A stretch of 49,920 bases of DNA, taken from NCBI GenBank assembly GCA_017555975.1, contig JAFZFJ010000193.1, positions 1 to 49,920 of the forward strand, in the 5' to 3' direction. This document shows positions 35,815-46,800 of this stretch, piece after piece (position 1 is the first letter of the stretch; each line of letters begins with the position of its first letter). The translations under genes and the position numbers were made by a program. The notes beneath the pieces are model-generated. The model saw nothing but the letters and a program-made list of their open reading frames with translations. It had not been told where the DNA came from and searched no databases. The stretch is from Alistipes sp. GTDB taxonomy: Bacteria > Bacteroidota > Bacteroidia > Bacteroidales > Rikenellaceae.

Positions 35815-38016
35815 TTATTCCTCAGGAGCGTTCAACAGACAATCAACACGCATACAAGCTACCGTATTCTTATTCAGAGCAATATAAATATGCATGTAAA
35901 TACCGTCTTTCGATACGCGCATAGCGCAGTCGCCATAACCACCGGGGGAACCACCGCCATCCCAGTTGATCGTGGTATTGAACAGCGGGCCATACGGGAG
36001 CTCGATTGCACCAGCCTTGAAGTTTTCAATGGTGGTTACATCTGCTACATAAGCCGAACTACCCGAGAAGCACCAACCATGAGCTGCGCTGACAGCCATC
36101 AGATACTTCGCGCCATTGAACTCCTCGATATCCAACTGTGCAATTGCGTTGTTGCCACCGTATGCATCCTCCGAGTAGGGTTTGATACCTGCAAGTGCGA
36201 TACCACCCTCAACCCAAGGAAGCGTGTTCGGCGAGTAACCACCAACAAACAGAGGAGCTGCGGGATCTGCATCGCGGAAGATTACGTCACCAGCATCCGT
36301 TGAGGTCTTGCCAAGAGTCAGACCCGTATCACCAGCCTTCGGGCTGCACCAGTTAACCGTGCTATAAACACCGTTCTGAACCACGTAAGCGAGGTTCGAC
36401 GCAACAGGCGAGCTAAACCACGGGCGGTAAACAGTCGAGATGATTGCATTGCCGTAAACATCACCTACGGCCGAGATGTCTGAACCATACTCTGCGCCTT
36501 TGGTCGACTCGATGAATAGCTCGGGGGTACCATCGATACCCTTCATGCGGGCAAAGTTCAGATTCGTACCATCGTTAAGAGCAATAACGATATTGCCTGC
36601 ATCATCTGCCGTGATAGCGGTATTCAGACCAGCGTATGCACCAAGATTCAAATCGCCAACAACCTCACCGGTCAGGGCGTTCAGAATCGTCGGAGTCTTA
36701 TAGGGGCTTGATACAACCAGGTAGTCGTGCAGAGCGGCAATGTGTACATCACCGGTAGCATAGCCAGCAACCTCGTTAATATCCTTCGACCACATATAGG
36801 CCTCCGAACCTACACGATAGCCATAGGGCTGCAACTTCACACCGTCGGGCTGATTTACCGTGATTACAACCTCGTTACTCTTGGCTACGAACTTGATCGT
36901 ACCCGTGCGGGCAGCACCCGAGTTGGCCTCAACCGAAACCGTAGCAACACCGTCAGCAAGCGTAGCCGTGATCCAGCTGTCAACCTGCTCAACAGTTACC
37001 TCACCGTCAGCCGTGTAGGGAACCTCGTAAGTAGCAGCGTCCGACGTAGCCTCGATCGTCAGGTGCTCGTCAGCAACCGTTACATACTCACCGATCGAAA
37101 CAGCTACCGAAATAACCGAGCTCTGGTTCTCGTCACCGAAGTAGATGATAGCAACCTCGCCCTCCGTGTCGGCGCAAGCAGCGTGCTCTGCCGTGGGAGC
37201 CGTGATCGTCCAAACCATCGTAGCCTTGTCATACGAAGCCTTCCACTCGTCGGGAGTCGTTACAACCGTCTTCAGCACACCGGCAGCCTCCATCTCGAAG
37301 CTCTTCGTCTCGCCATACTTGAAGTCTACAGCCTCAACAGCCTCACCCTTGAAGTTGATGTAGAGCTCACTGCCGAGCGGAATCTCAAGCGTCTCACCAT
37401 TCAGGAATACAAAGATGGCCGTGTTGGTCTCAGGATCCACATAGGCCTCCTTAAACAGACCACCAGCACCACCCGACGTCGTTACGGGCGTACCATCCTC
37501 GAGCAATACGCGCTCCCAGGTCTCGCCATTGTCATAGCTCACCTCCCAGTAGCCCGTCTCGCCTTCCATAACAACGCGCATCTTCGGGGTGTTACCCTGC
37601 TCGCCCTTCACGGGAAGCTTATTGCCATCGTTGTCGAGCAGGAAGCTCGTCACGCCATCCTTCGTTACGGCCCAATAGTAGGCGCCATCCTCGTCGAGCA
37701 TCACGGTTACCGTCACGCCGTCCTTACCGGGCTCACCGGCTTTACCATCGGCGATTTCGATCTTCTCACCATTCGTGAAGTAAACCGTATAACCGGTCTC
37801 ACCCTCTACGATCTTCGAAACGTAGACATTGTTCTGCAGGGCATCAACAAGCGTCTGAACACCGGCAATGTCCTGGTTCAAGGCAGCAATCGTCTCCTCA
37901 AGCTCAATCACGCGGTTCTCGAGGTCGTCGATACGGTTGTTGATCGCCGTGTCGTCATACTCGCACGCGGTGAAAAGCATACCAAAAGCAGCCACCAGAT
38001 AGAGTAATTTTTTCAT
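35815..38016 (-). CDS. Surface lipoprotein: DUF4988-like coiled-coil/collagen-like N-terminus, BACON domain, C-terminal beta-rich putative glycan-binding domain
   Basis: Lipobox FTAC-EYDD, heptad coiled coil, DGKAGEPGKDG, YWEVSYDNGETW, BACON signature (SWIT..VEANSGAARTGTI..NQ); TATCTTTG promoter at 38132-38125. Confidence 0.75.
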   Translation of the reverse strand: MKKLLYLVAAFGMLFTACEYDDTAINNRIDDLENRVIELEETIAALNQDIAGVQTLVDALQNNVYVSKIVEGETGYTVYFTNGEKIEIADGKAGEPGKDGVTVTVMLDEDGAYYWAVTKDGVTSFLLDNDGNKLPVKGEQGNTPKMRVVMEGETGYWEVSYDNGETWERVLLEDGTPVTTSGGAGGLFKEAYVDPETNTAIFVFLNGETLEIPLGSELYINFKGEAVEAVDFKYGETKSFEMEAAGVLKTVVTTPDEWKASYDKATMVWTITAPTAEHAACADTEGEVAIIYFGDENQSSVISVAVSIGEYVTVADEHLTIEATSDAATYEVPYTADGEVTVEQVDSWITATLADGVATVSVEANSGAARTGTIKFVAKSNEVVITVNQPDGVKLQPYGYRVGSEAYMWSKDINEVAGYATGDVHIAALHDYLVVSSPYKTPTILNALTGEVVGDLNLGAYAGLNTAITADDAGNIVIALNDGTNLNFARMKGIDGTPELFIESTKGAEYGSDISAVGDVYGNAIISTVYRPWFSSPVASNLAYVVQNGVYSTVNWCSPKAGDTGLTLGKTSTDAGDVIFRDADPAAPLFVGGYSPNTLPWVEGGIALAGIKPYSEDAYGGNNAIAQLDIEEFNGAKYLMAVSAAHGWCFSGSSAYVADVTTIENFKAGAIELPYGPLFNTTINWDGGGSPGGYGDCAMRVSKDGIYMHIYIALNKNTVACMRVDCLLNAPEE

Positions 38017-38342
38017 AATGTGAAAGTTTATAAAGTTTAGGTTTTGTTCGTTTTGTATATATGTGTCCACACTTTCGGCCACACGACACGCCGTTCGCCG
38101 AAGCGCGAGAACACATTACACGAGCAAAGATAATAAAAATAAAGTCTCATTTGCAAAAAATAAAGAAAATTATTTTAGCCAAAAATCCAATCTTGGTAAA
38201 AAAGTTTATAATGTTTTGGTTTTTCGGGCCCCAAAGCGGCTAAATCTTCGATTTTTTGAAACTTTTTTGTAGCTTTGCATCAAACAAACAGGCATTTAGG
38301 GGCAAAATTCACCCCGAAAAGTGCCCCAGCCACACTGCAGCT

Positions 38343-39548
38343 ATGGTAAAAACCGCCTCATTGGACACCCTGACAAGCGGCAAGAAATCCGCACAACTCA
38401 AACGCGACATCCTGCGTCGCTACACCCAGAACGGTGGCGAAAGCATCGCCGACCTGAGCCGCGATTTGGGTTTAAGCGTGCCAACTCTCACCAAAGTAGT
38501 CAGCGAACTGATTGAAGACGACCTGGTTACCGATCTTGGCAAACAAGGAGCCACGGGAGGTCGACGACCCAGCATCTACGGTCTGAATCCATCGGCCGGC
38601 TACTTCATGGGCGTTGACATCAAGCGCGACGTCGTTGTGATGGGTATCATCAACTTCCGCGGCGACATGGTTATCTCGCGCCAATACGACTGCCACATCG
38701 AGAACACGCGCCAATCGTTCGATGAGCTCTGCAACCACATTGCACAGTTCATCGCCTCGTCGCGCATCCGCCGCGACAAACTGCTCGCCATCGGCATCAA
38801 CCTCTCGGGACGTGTCAACCCCGAGACGGGCTATTCGTACTCCTATTTCTTCTTCGACGAGAAGCCGCTCACGGTCGTTCTCGAGGAGCGCCTTGGCTAT
38901 CGCGTATTCATCGAAAACGACTCGCGCGCAATGACTTACGGCGAGTACATGTATGGTGTTGGCAACGGCGAACAGGACATGATTTTCTTGAACCTGAGTT
39001 GGGGTTTTGGCATCGGTATGATTCTTGGCGGAGAGCTCCACTACGGCAAGTCGGGCTTCTCGGGCGAATATGGCCACTTCCCCTTCTTCGACAACGAAAT
39101 CATCTGCTCTTGCGGTAAACGTGGTTGTCTCGAAACAGAGGTTTCGGGCTGGGCCGCCCATCGTCAATTTATCGAAAAACTCAAGCAGGGCAACATCTCA
39201 ATGCTCTCGTCAAAATACGAAAGCGGCAAGCAAATCACCGTCGAGGATATTCTCGATGCACTGGCCAAAGAGGACATGCTGGCCATCGAGGTAATGGAGC
39301 AGATCGGAGCTTCGCTCGGTCGTGCCATTGCAGGCCTGATCAACATGTTCAATCCGGAGGTGGTTGTGCTTGGCGGAACACTCTATGAAGCAAAGGATTA
39401 CCTATTGCTTCCGATCAAGAGCGCAATCAACAAATTCGCCCTGAATTTTGTCTCGAAAGATACCGCTATCAAGGTCTCGAAACTGGGCGAATCGGCCGGC
39501 CTTATCGGCATCTGTGCCATCACGCGCAACAAGATGTTAGGACTGTAA
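38343..39548 (+). CDS. ROK-family transcriptional repressor (NagC/XylR-like)
   Basis: N-terminal HTH (SIADLSRDLGLSVPT, GGRRP), IENDS, GEYGH and CSCGKRGCLE Zn motif; TAGCTTTG promoter at 38270-38277. Confidence 0.92.
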   Translation: MVKTASLDTLTSGKKSAQLKRDILRRYTQNGGESIADLSRDLGLSVPTLTKVVSELIEDDLVTDLGKQGATGGRRPSIYGLNPSAGYFMGVDIKRDVVVMGIINFRGDMVISRQYDCHIENTRQSFDELCNHIAQFIASSRIRRDKLLAIGINLSGRVNPETGYSYSYFFFDEKPLTVVLEERLGYRVFIENDSRAMTYGEYMYGVGNGEQDMIFLNLSWGFGIGMILGGELHYGKSGFSGEYGHFPFFDNEIICSCGKRGCLETEVSGWAAHRQFIEKLKQGNISMLSSKYESGKQITVEDILDALAKEDMLAIEVMEQIGASLGRAIAGLINMFNPEVVVLGGTLYEAKDYLLLPIKSAINKFALNFVSKDTAIKVSKLGESAGLIGICAITRNKMLGL

Positions 39549-39594
39549 TAGAGCCTGTCAAAAACAAAAAAAACAACTCAAACTTATTGCAATA

Positions 39595-40869
39595 ATGGAA
39601 CAAGTGCAAACCAAAAAATCGCCCTTGTGGTGGGTCCCCTCGGCCTACTTCGCCATGGGTCTTCCGCTGATTCTGATCAACCTCGTTGCTCCGCTGATGT
39701 TCAACGACTTTGAGATCTCGGATGCCCAAGTGGCCTTCTGGACCTCACTGCTCATTCTACCCTGGTCGCTCAAGCCCTTCTGGAGCCCACTGATGGAGAT
39801 GTATCGCACGAAAAAATTCTTCGTCGTTACGACTCAGCTTGTATCGGGTATCTCGCTGGCCTTCATCGCCATGGCACTTCAACTGCCGAATTTCTTCCCC
39901 TATGTGGTGGCAATCATGGCCATCCTTGCCTTCAGCGGCGCCACACATGACATCGCACTCGATGGCGTCTACATCACCGAGTTGGACAAGACCCAACAGG
40001 CCCAATTTGTGGGATGGCAGGGTGCCTTCTACAACCTCGCAAAGGTGACCGCTATGGGTGGTTTGGTCTACTTGGCGGGAGTGCTCGAAGGAAAGATCGG
40101 CGTACTCTATGCATGGGTGATTATCATGCTCTTATGTGGCATACTGCTCACCGTGCTCGGCCTCTACCATTGGCGCGTACTGCCCACCGGCGGCGGCGAA
40201 GCAACAAAGCACAACTCGTTTAGCGAGACGATGCGCGAGACATGGGGCGTAATTGCCCAATTCTTCCAGAAGAAATACATCTGGATCTACATCGCCTGGA
40301 TCGTCTTCTACCGCTTCACGGAGGGCCTTGTAATCAAGATTGTACCCCTCTTCCTGAAGGCCGACACAGCCGTACAGGGCCTGGGACTGACGAAGGACGA
40401 GATCGGCCTCTACTACGGTACATTTGGCGTTGTAGCCTTTATCGTCGGCTCGATTTTGGGTGGCTATTTCATCTCGTGGAGAGGTCTGAAAAAGGCCATT
40501 TTCCCGCTCTGCTGCATCTTCAACATTCCGTTTGTGGTCTATGCACTTTTGGCCCTCTATCAACCCGAAAGCGCCCTTCTCGTATGCGGAGCCATTGTCT
40601 TCGAATACTTTAGCTATGGATTTGGTTTCGTGGGTCTTACGCTCTTTATCATGCAGCAGGTAGCTCCCGGAAAACACCAGATGGCTCACTACGCATTCGG
40701 ATCGGCTTTAGCCAACCTGGGCGTGATGTTGCCGGGTATGATTTCGGGCGTAATCAGCGACGCCATCGGCTACGAGAAATTCTTCCTGTGGGCCTTGGTA
40801 GGCACCATTCCCGCCTTTATTTTGACGTGGGTGTTACCCTTCACCTACCCCGATCCACAGGAGAAGTAA
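39595..40869 (+). CDS. AmpG-like MFS transporter
   Basis: YFAMGLP, LPWSLKPFWSP and SGATHDIALDG motifs; about 12 TM. Confidence 0.85.
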   Translation: MEQVQTKKSPLWWVPSAYFAMGLPLILINLVAPLMFNDFEISDAQVAFWTSLLILPWSLKPFWSPLMEMYRTKKFFVVTTQLVSGISLAFIAMALQLPNFFPYVVAIMAILAFSGATHDIALDGVYITELDKTQQAQFVGWQGAFYNLAKVTAMGGLVYLAGVLEGKIGVLYAWVIIMLLCGILLTVLGLYHWRVLPTGGGEATKHNSFSETMRETWGVIAQFFQKKYIWIYIAWIVFYRFTEGLVIKIVPLFLKADTAVQGLGLTKDEIGLYYGTFGVVAFIVGSILGGYFISWRGLKKAIFPLCCIFNIPFVVYALLALYQPESALLVCGAIVFEYFSYGFGFVGLTLFIMQQVAPGKHQMAHYAFGSALANLGVMLPGMISGVISDAIGYEKFFLWALVGTIPAFILTWVLPFTYPDPQEK

Positions 40870-40894
40870 CCAACTGCCTATCAGCATTTAGCAC

Positions 40895-40929
40895 AAAGAG
40901 TCGCTCGTCATGAGCGGCTCTTTATTTTT
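40895..40929 (+). terminator. Rho-independent terminator
   Basis: AAAGAGTCGCTC-gtcat-GAGCGGCTCTTT followed by ATTTTT. Confidence 0.8.
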
Positions 40930-41080
40930 GGCACAGCGCTACCCTCCCAATGAAAAGCCAAACCTTTCTGAAAAAATTTTATTTTAGCCCTTCTGAGCAC
41001 TTGAACGGTTAATCGCTTAGAAAACAGCAATTTGAAATTATTTTTCAAGAAAATAGCTTCTTAAAATTTATTTAAAAAGA

Positions 41081-41111
41081 TTTGTAAAGTGAATAATTTT
41101 ATTTAATTTAG
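41081..41111 (+). promoter_or_regulatory. Probable PUL operon promoter (variant -7 box)
   Basis: TTTG-N19-TAATTTAG within a very AT-rich intergenic region. Confidence 0.5.
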
Positions 41112-41142
41112 CGCAAGAATATAACTATAACAACCCAATACA

Positions 41143-42420
41143 ATGAAAAAACTATCCGCCTTGATGATGCTTTTGGCCTGTATCGGCCTCTTTATCAGCT
41201 GTGAAGAGGAGACGAAACCACAGTATGTCTTCCCGACACCCCAAACTACGCCGACCGTAACCATTACGCCGGTTGAGAAGGGTACGGATTTTATCACGGT
41301 CCGCTTCAGCACCTACTACGCCGAGGCGTGTGCCTATCTCTACACCGAAGGTGAGACGTTGAGCAAGACGCTCGACCAGATCTTTGCCGAAGGTACCCTT
41401 GTCGAGGGTGACAAGGTCGATGTGAAGATCGAAAACCTGACCCCCGCCACGGCCTACACCTTTATCGCTGCCGCCAAAGATGAGCTTCACGGCTCGGTTT
41501 GCACGCCGGTAACGGTCATCACGGCTAGCGACGCTCCCGAATCGAACTATCCGAAGAAGATGCAGTACGAGAGCTTCGAGCGCACCTTCAGCGACGGCGG
41601 CGTAGCCAAGGGTTACATTGCCATCGCAGACCTGAAGGCCAACACCAAGCTGCGTTTCGCTCCCACCCACCTCAAGCCGGCCGAGACCCCGACCACGGCA
41701 TTCACGAGCTTCAAGGCTCTCGGCAAGGGTGTTCCCTACGCCTTGACCAACGGTGGTTACTTCTGGGATGGTGCTTCACTCAGCCTCTGCGTCAGCGACG
41801 GTGAGGTGAAATCAATCGCTACTGAGTTGGCTTATCCCACGGTGAATGGTTCGCAAATCACGGCCTATCCCGTACGCGCTGCCCTGGGCCAGATGGCCGA
41901 CGGCACGTTCGAGGCTACGTGGGTTTATTGCATCAACAAGAAACCCTACTCGTTCCCCTCGCCGCTCGACAACGACGAGCTGACCGAGACCTACATGCCG
42001 GCACCCCCGACCACTGCAACGGCCGGTGCAACCCTTTGGGAGCCGCAGCAGGCCATTGGTGGTGGCCCGATGCTGGTCTACAAGGGCAAGAACGTAGCCA
42101 TGGATTACTACTACCGCGAGATCATGAACACGGGCGGTACGGCAGGCACCTCGCGCCAGCCCCGCACGGCCGTAGGCGCCACGAAGGAGGGCAAGGTCAT
42201 GCTGCTCGTATGCGACGGTCGTGGCAACAACGGCTCGAACGGTCTTACGTTGAGTGAAATGGCCGACATCTTTGTTGAGATGGGCATGGACTACGCCATC
42301 AACCTCGACGGTGGCGGTTCGTCGGCCATCGTGGGTTATGACGGCCAACTCGCCAATTCGCCGAGCGATGGTAGCCAGCGTGCTGTACCGACGGTTGTCG
42401 TTATCTCCGCCATGGAATAG
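41143..42420 (+). CDS. Phosphodiester glycosidase (NAGPA/DUF2233 family) lipoprotein with N-terminal FN3-like domain
   Basis: Lipobox FISC-EEE; NGGYF, GGGPML, QPRTAVG, CDGRG and NLDGGGSS motifs. Confidence 0.88.
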   Translation: MKKLSALMMLLACIGLFISCEEETKPQYVFPTPQTTPTVTITPVEKGTDFITVRFSTYYAEACAYLYTEGETLSKTLDQIFAEGTLVEGDKVDVKIENLTPATAYTFIAAAKDELHGSVCTPVTVITASDAPESNYPKKMQYESFERTFSDGGVAKGYIAIADLKANTKLRFAPTHLKPAETPTTAFTSFKALGKGVPYALTNGGYFWDGASLSLCVSDGEVKSIATELAYPTVNGSQITAYPVRAALGQMADGTFEATWVYCINKKPYSFPSPLDNDELTETYMPAPPTTATAGATLWEPQQAIGGGPMLVYKGKNVAMDYYYREIMNTGGTAGTSRQPRTAVGATKEGKVMLLVCDGRGNNGSNGLTLSEMADIFVEMGMDYAINLDGGGSSAIVGYDGQLANSPSDGSQRAVPTVVVISAME

Positions 42421-42462
42421 CTTCTCATTTTATAATAAGTAACATCCCCGAGATTAGATATT

Positions 42463-43782
42463 ATGAAGAAAAATCATTTGATAAAGTTTGCAGCCATCGT
42501 TGCGATGCTCTTCACACTGGGTGCCTGCAAGACGGAGTCGACCAAGCCCATCTACATGTGGGTGGACTGCGAGGCCAATTTCGAGCGCATGAGCACACTC
42601 GACTCGATCGCCTACTACACCGAGAAGATGCACCAGATCGGTGTTACGGATATTGTGGTTGACGTAAAGTCGATCATGGGCGAGACCCTCTACGACAGCA
42701 AGTATGCCCCCTACATGGGCGAGTTCGAAGGCACGGTTCGTCCGCGTGAGTACGACATGATGCGCCACTTTATCGACGAAGGCCACAAGTACGGCATGCG
42801 CGTACACGGCTCACTCAACATCTTTGCCGGCGGCCACATCTTCTTCAACCGTGGCATCATTTTCAACGAGCATCCCGAGTGGCAGTCGATTGTCTATCGT
42901 CCGGATGGTTCGCTGGTGCCCATTGGCGAGATCAAGACCAACTATAACGGCATGCTCAACCCCTCGAACCCCGAGGTGCGCGAGTATCAGAAGAATATCC
43001 TCGTTGAATTTGTGGAGCGTTATCCCGACGCCGACGGTATCATCTTCGACCGTCTGCGCTACGACAACATCACGTCGGACTTCTCGGAGCTCTCGCGCGA
43101 GCAGTTTGAGGCTTGGAGCGGTATTCAGCTCGAGAACTATCCCGAAGATATCCTGACCTGGGCCGATGAGAAGAATTGGAAGCCGGGCAAATATTTCAAG
43201 GAGTGGGTTGAGTGGCGCGCCACGGTCATCAAGTCGTTTGTTGAGGAGGCTCACGAGGCGATCCACGCCGTGAACCCCAACATCCTCATTGGTGACTACA
43301 CGGGTGCCTGGTATCCGACCTACTATCAGCTGGGTGTAAACTGGGCAAGTACGCAGTACGACCCCTCGGAGCGTTACCCCGATTGGGCTTCGGAGAACTA
43401 CTACAAGACCGGCTATGCCGATCTGCTGGATATCTACATGACGGGCCTCTACTACACGCTCGTCACGAAGGATGAGGTGGATGCTGCTCAGGGTCGCGTG
43501 ATTGGCGAGCGTGGCGAGTCGGGCATGGACCCCAACGATCTGACCTACTGCTACTCGGTAGAGGGCGGTGCCGAGTTGGCACAGGCCATCACCTGCGGTG
43601 TGGTTCCCGTGGCCGGTTCGCTCTACGTAGATCTGTACAAGCAGGATGCCGAGCAGTTTGCCAAGGCCGTGCGCCAGGTGATGAAGAGCTGCGAGGGTGG
43701 CCTGATGATCTTCGACCTGGTTCACATCGTCAACCGCGATTGGTGGAACCTGCTGGAGGAGAATATGAAGGTTACCGAGTAA
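42463..43782 (+). CDS. GHL10-like TIM-barrel glycoside hydrolase lipoprotein
   Basis: Lipobox LGAC; MWVDCEANF, VVDVK, LNPSNPEVREY, DGIIFDRLRY and YYQLGVNWAS motifs. Confidence 0.75.
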   Translation: MKKNHLIKFAAIVAMLFTLGACKTESTKPIYMWVDCEANFERMSTLDSIAYYTEKMHQIGVTDIVVDVKSIMGETLYDSKYAPYMGEFEGTVRPREYDMMRHFIDEGHKYGMRVHGSLNIFAGGHIFFNRGIIFNEHPEWQSIVYRPDGSLVPIGEIKTNYNGMLNPSNPEVREYQKNILVEFVERYPDADGIIFDRLRYDNITSDFSELSREQFEAWSGIQLENYPEDILTWADEKNWKPGKYFKEWVEWRATVIKSFVEEAHEAIHAVNPNILIGDYTGAWYPTYYQLGVNWASTQYDPSERYPDWASENYYKTGYADLLDIYMTGLYYTLVTKDEVDAAQGRVIGERGESGMDPNDLTYCYSVEGGAELAQAITCGVVPVAGSLYVDLYKQDAEQFAKAVRQVMKSCEGGLMIFDLVHIVNRDWWNLLEENMKVTE

Positions 43783-43817
43783 GACAACCGAAATCACAAA
43801 CTTAAAACTCAATAACT

Positions 43818-46800
43818 ATGAAACATTTATCCCAAACAGGAAGAGGTAGGGGTTTGATGCACGCAGTGCTATCGATCCTTTGCGCTCTCTTCGTGGTTTT
43901 GAGCCCGAGCCTGGCCTGGGCACAAAACACCGTAAAGGGAACGGTTGTCGATGAGACGGGCGAACCGATCATCGGCGCCACGGTCATTGTGGTAGGCACC
44001 CAGACGGGTACTACGACCGACGTTAACGGTCAATTCGCTCTGCAAAACGTCAAGCAGGGAAGCGAATTGCAGATTTCGTTCATCGGCTATCAGACCGTGA
44101 CTGTCCCCGTAAATGGCGTTACGAATCTGGTGGTGGAGCTCAAGAGCGATGCCGAGAAGATTGACGAGGTTGTGGTCGTAGGTTACGGCGTACAGAAGAA
44201 GGCTTCGGTTACGGCGGCCATCTCGCAGATCTCGGGAGAGGAGCTGGAGAAGGCCCCTGTGGGTGACGTAACCAACATGCTCGCCGGTCGTGTTGCCGGT
44301 GTGACGGCTGTACAGCAGTCGGGTCAGCCCGGTGCCGATGGTTCGTCGATCATGGTTCGCGGTCAGTCGGTTCTCTACATCGTGGACGGTGTGCCCCGCG
44401 ACATCAACCAGATCAACCCCGAGGATATCGAGTCGATCTCGATTCTGAAGGATGCCTCGGCAGCTGCCGTATACGGTCTGGATGGTAACACGGTTATCAT
44501 CGTGACGACCAAGCGTGGCGAAAAGGGTGCATCGACCATCTCGTATAAGGGTACGTTCGGTGTCAGCTCGAATGCCAACCCGATGAAGTTGTTGGATGGT
44601 CCGGCTTATGCCTACTATTACAATAAGGCTCTCGAGCTCGATGGCAAGCAGCCGATCTTCACGGCCGACATCGTGCAGAAGATGCTCAACGAGGAGGATG
44701 GTTGGGGCAACACGAATTGGTATGACAAGGTCTTCGGCGTAGGTACGACCACCTCGCACACCATCTCAGCCAATGGCGGCAACGACCAGATGAACTACTT
44801 CGCTTCGGTGGGTATGTTCGACCAGAAGGGTAACGTGGACAACTTCAACTTCCGTCGTTACACGGCACGTGCCAACCTCTCGGCCAAGATTGCCAAGAGC
44901 CTCACACTTGAGGTAGGTATCGCCGGCCGTATCCAGGATCATGACCAGCCGACCTACTCGGCAAGTCCCGACGCTTGGAACAACGTAGCCCAGCAGGCCA
45001 TGCGCGTGCATCCCTACGTTCCGGAGAAGGTAACGATTGACGGCGTTGAGTACCACACGGCTACCTCGACCGCATCGGCCACGGTGAACCCCGTAGCTGC
45101 TTACGAGGAGTCGGGTTCGTACAAGAGCCGCGCCACCTATATCCAGCCCAACTTCTCGTTGCGTTGGGATGTTCCTGGTGTGAAGGGTCTCTCGGCTAAG
45201 TTCTTCGCTTCGTACGATATGACCTTCCAGCACACGAAGGCCTTCTCAACGCCTTATGACTTAGCGTTGGGTAGCTTCTCGTACGACGACAATGGCTACA
45301 TCAGCAAGATTAACTATACGGTAAGCAACACCTACTCGGGCCTGGGTTCGGAGACGTCGTTGCAGGAGGCTTCGTACTACACCTACTACGGTATTACGCA
45401 GACCTCGCTGTCGTTCGACAACACCTTCGGCAAGCACCGCGTTGCAGCCCTCGCACTGATCGAGACGCGCGACCACAGAAGCAACAACCACTATGGCCGC
45501 ATGTACGACCTCTCGTTCGAGAACCTGCCGGAGTTGAACTTTGGTGACGCATCGAGCGACAAGCGTACGATTGGTGGTACGAGTGGTCATTCGCGTCAGG
45601 TTGGTTTCGTGGCTCGTCTGAACTACGACTTCGACAACCGCATCTACATTGAGCTCTCGAGCCGCTACGACGGTACGTATCTCTTCTCGGGTATGACCGG
45701 TTCGCGCTGGGGCTTCTTCCCCGCCGCTTCGGCCGGTTGGCGTATCTCGGAGGAGCAGTGGTTCGGTGCCGAGTGGGTGGATAACCTGAAGCTCCGTGGC
45801 GGTATCGGTCTGACGGGTACGTCGGCCGTAAGCGCCTACCAGTACCTCAACACGATGAACCTCTCGGATGGCAACGCCGTCGTGATCGGTGGCCAGGGCC
45901 AGGAGAGCATCTACACCTCGTCGGTGGCCAACCCCAACATCTCGTGGGAGAAGAACCTGAACTACAACATCGGTGTCGATGCAACGTTCTGGGGTGGTCT
46001 GCTCGGTATCGAGGCCGACGTATTCTATACCTATAAGTATGACATGCTCGCCAGCGCTTCGGGTTCGTATCCTCCCTCGGTGGGTGGTTACTTCCCCGCT
46101 TACGAGAACAAGAACAAGCAGGACGTGCGCGGTTTCGATCTGACCCTGTCGCACAACAACCGCAAGGGTGCCTTCTCGTATGGCCTCAAGTTCATGGGTT
46201 CGTATGCCAAGCGTCGCTGGTTGCTCTACTCGGGTGATGCTGCCAATGCTCCCGACTACCAGAAGCTGACCGGCAAGGAGGTTGGTTCGGTGATTGGTTT
46301 CATCGCCGATGGTCTCTACCAGAGCCTGGAGGAGGTACAGAACTCGGCCACGATGGTGGGTAAGGATGTACGCGTCGGCGACATTAAGTACATCGACCGC
46401 AACGGTGATGGCAAGATTTCGTACGACCAGGATCGCGGTTATGTAGGTTCGAGCGTCTATCCGAAGTTTACGGGTGGTTTGGCCTTCAACGCCGGCTGGA
46501 AGGGTATCGATGTAAACTTCCTGTTGCAGGGTGCCGTGGGTTCGACCATCGCGCTGACAGGTGTTTATTCGGGTGGTATCATGGACAACACGTCGATGAC
46601 CAAGCCTTTCTACCACGATGGTAACTCGCCGCTCTATCTGGTTGAGAATTCGTGGACGCCCGAGAATACGGGTGCCTACTTCCCGCGTCTGTCGCTTGCA
46701 TCGAGCTCGCACAACGCCCACTCCTCGACCCACTGGTATCGTCCGGGTGACTACCTGCGTCTGAAGACCGCTCAGCTGGGCTACACGCTGCCTGAGAAGC

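Noticed and set aside
38040-38260. Invertible (phase-variable) promoter in the PUL intergenic regions
   Set aside because: No clear flanking inverted repeats around the promoters and no recombinase nearby.
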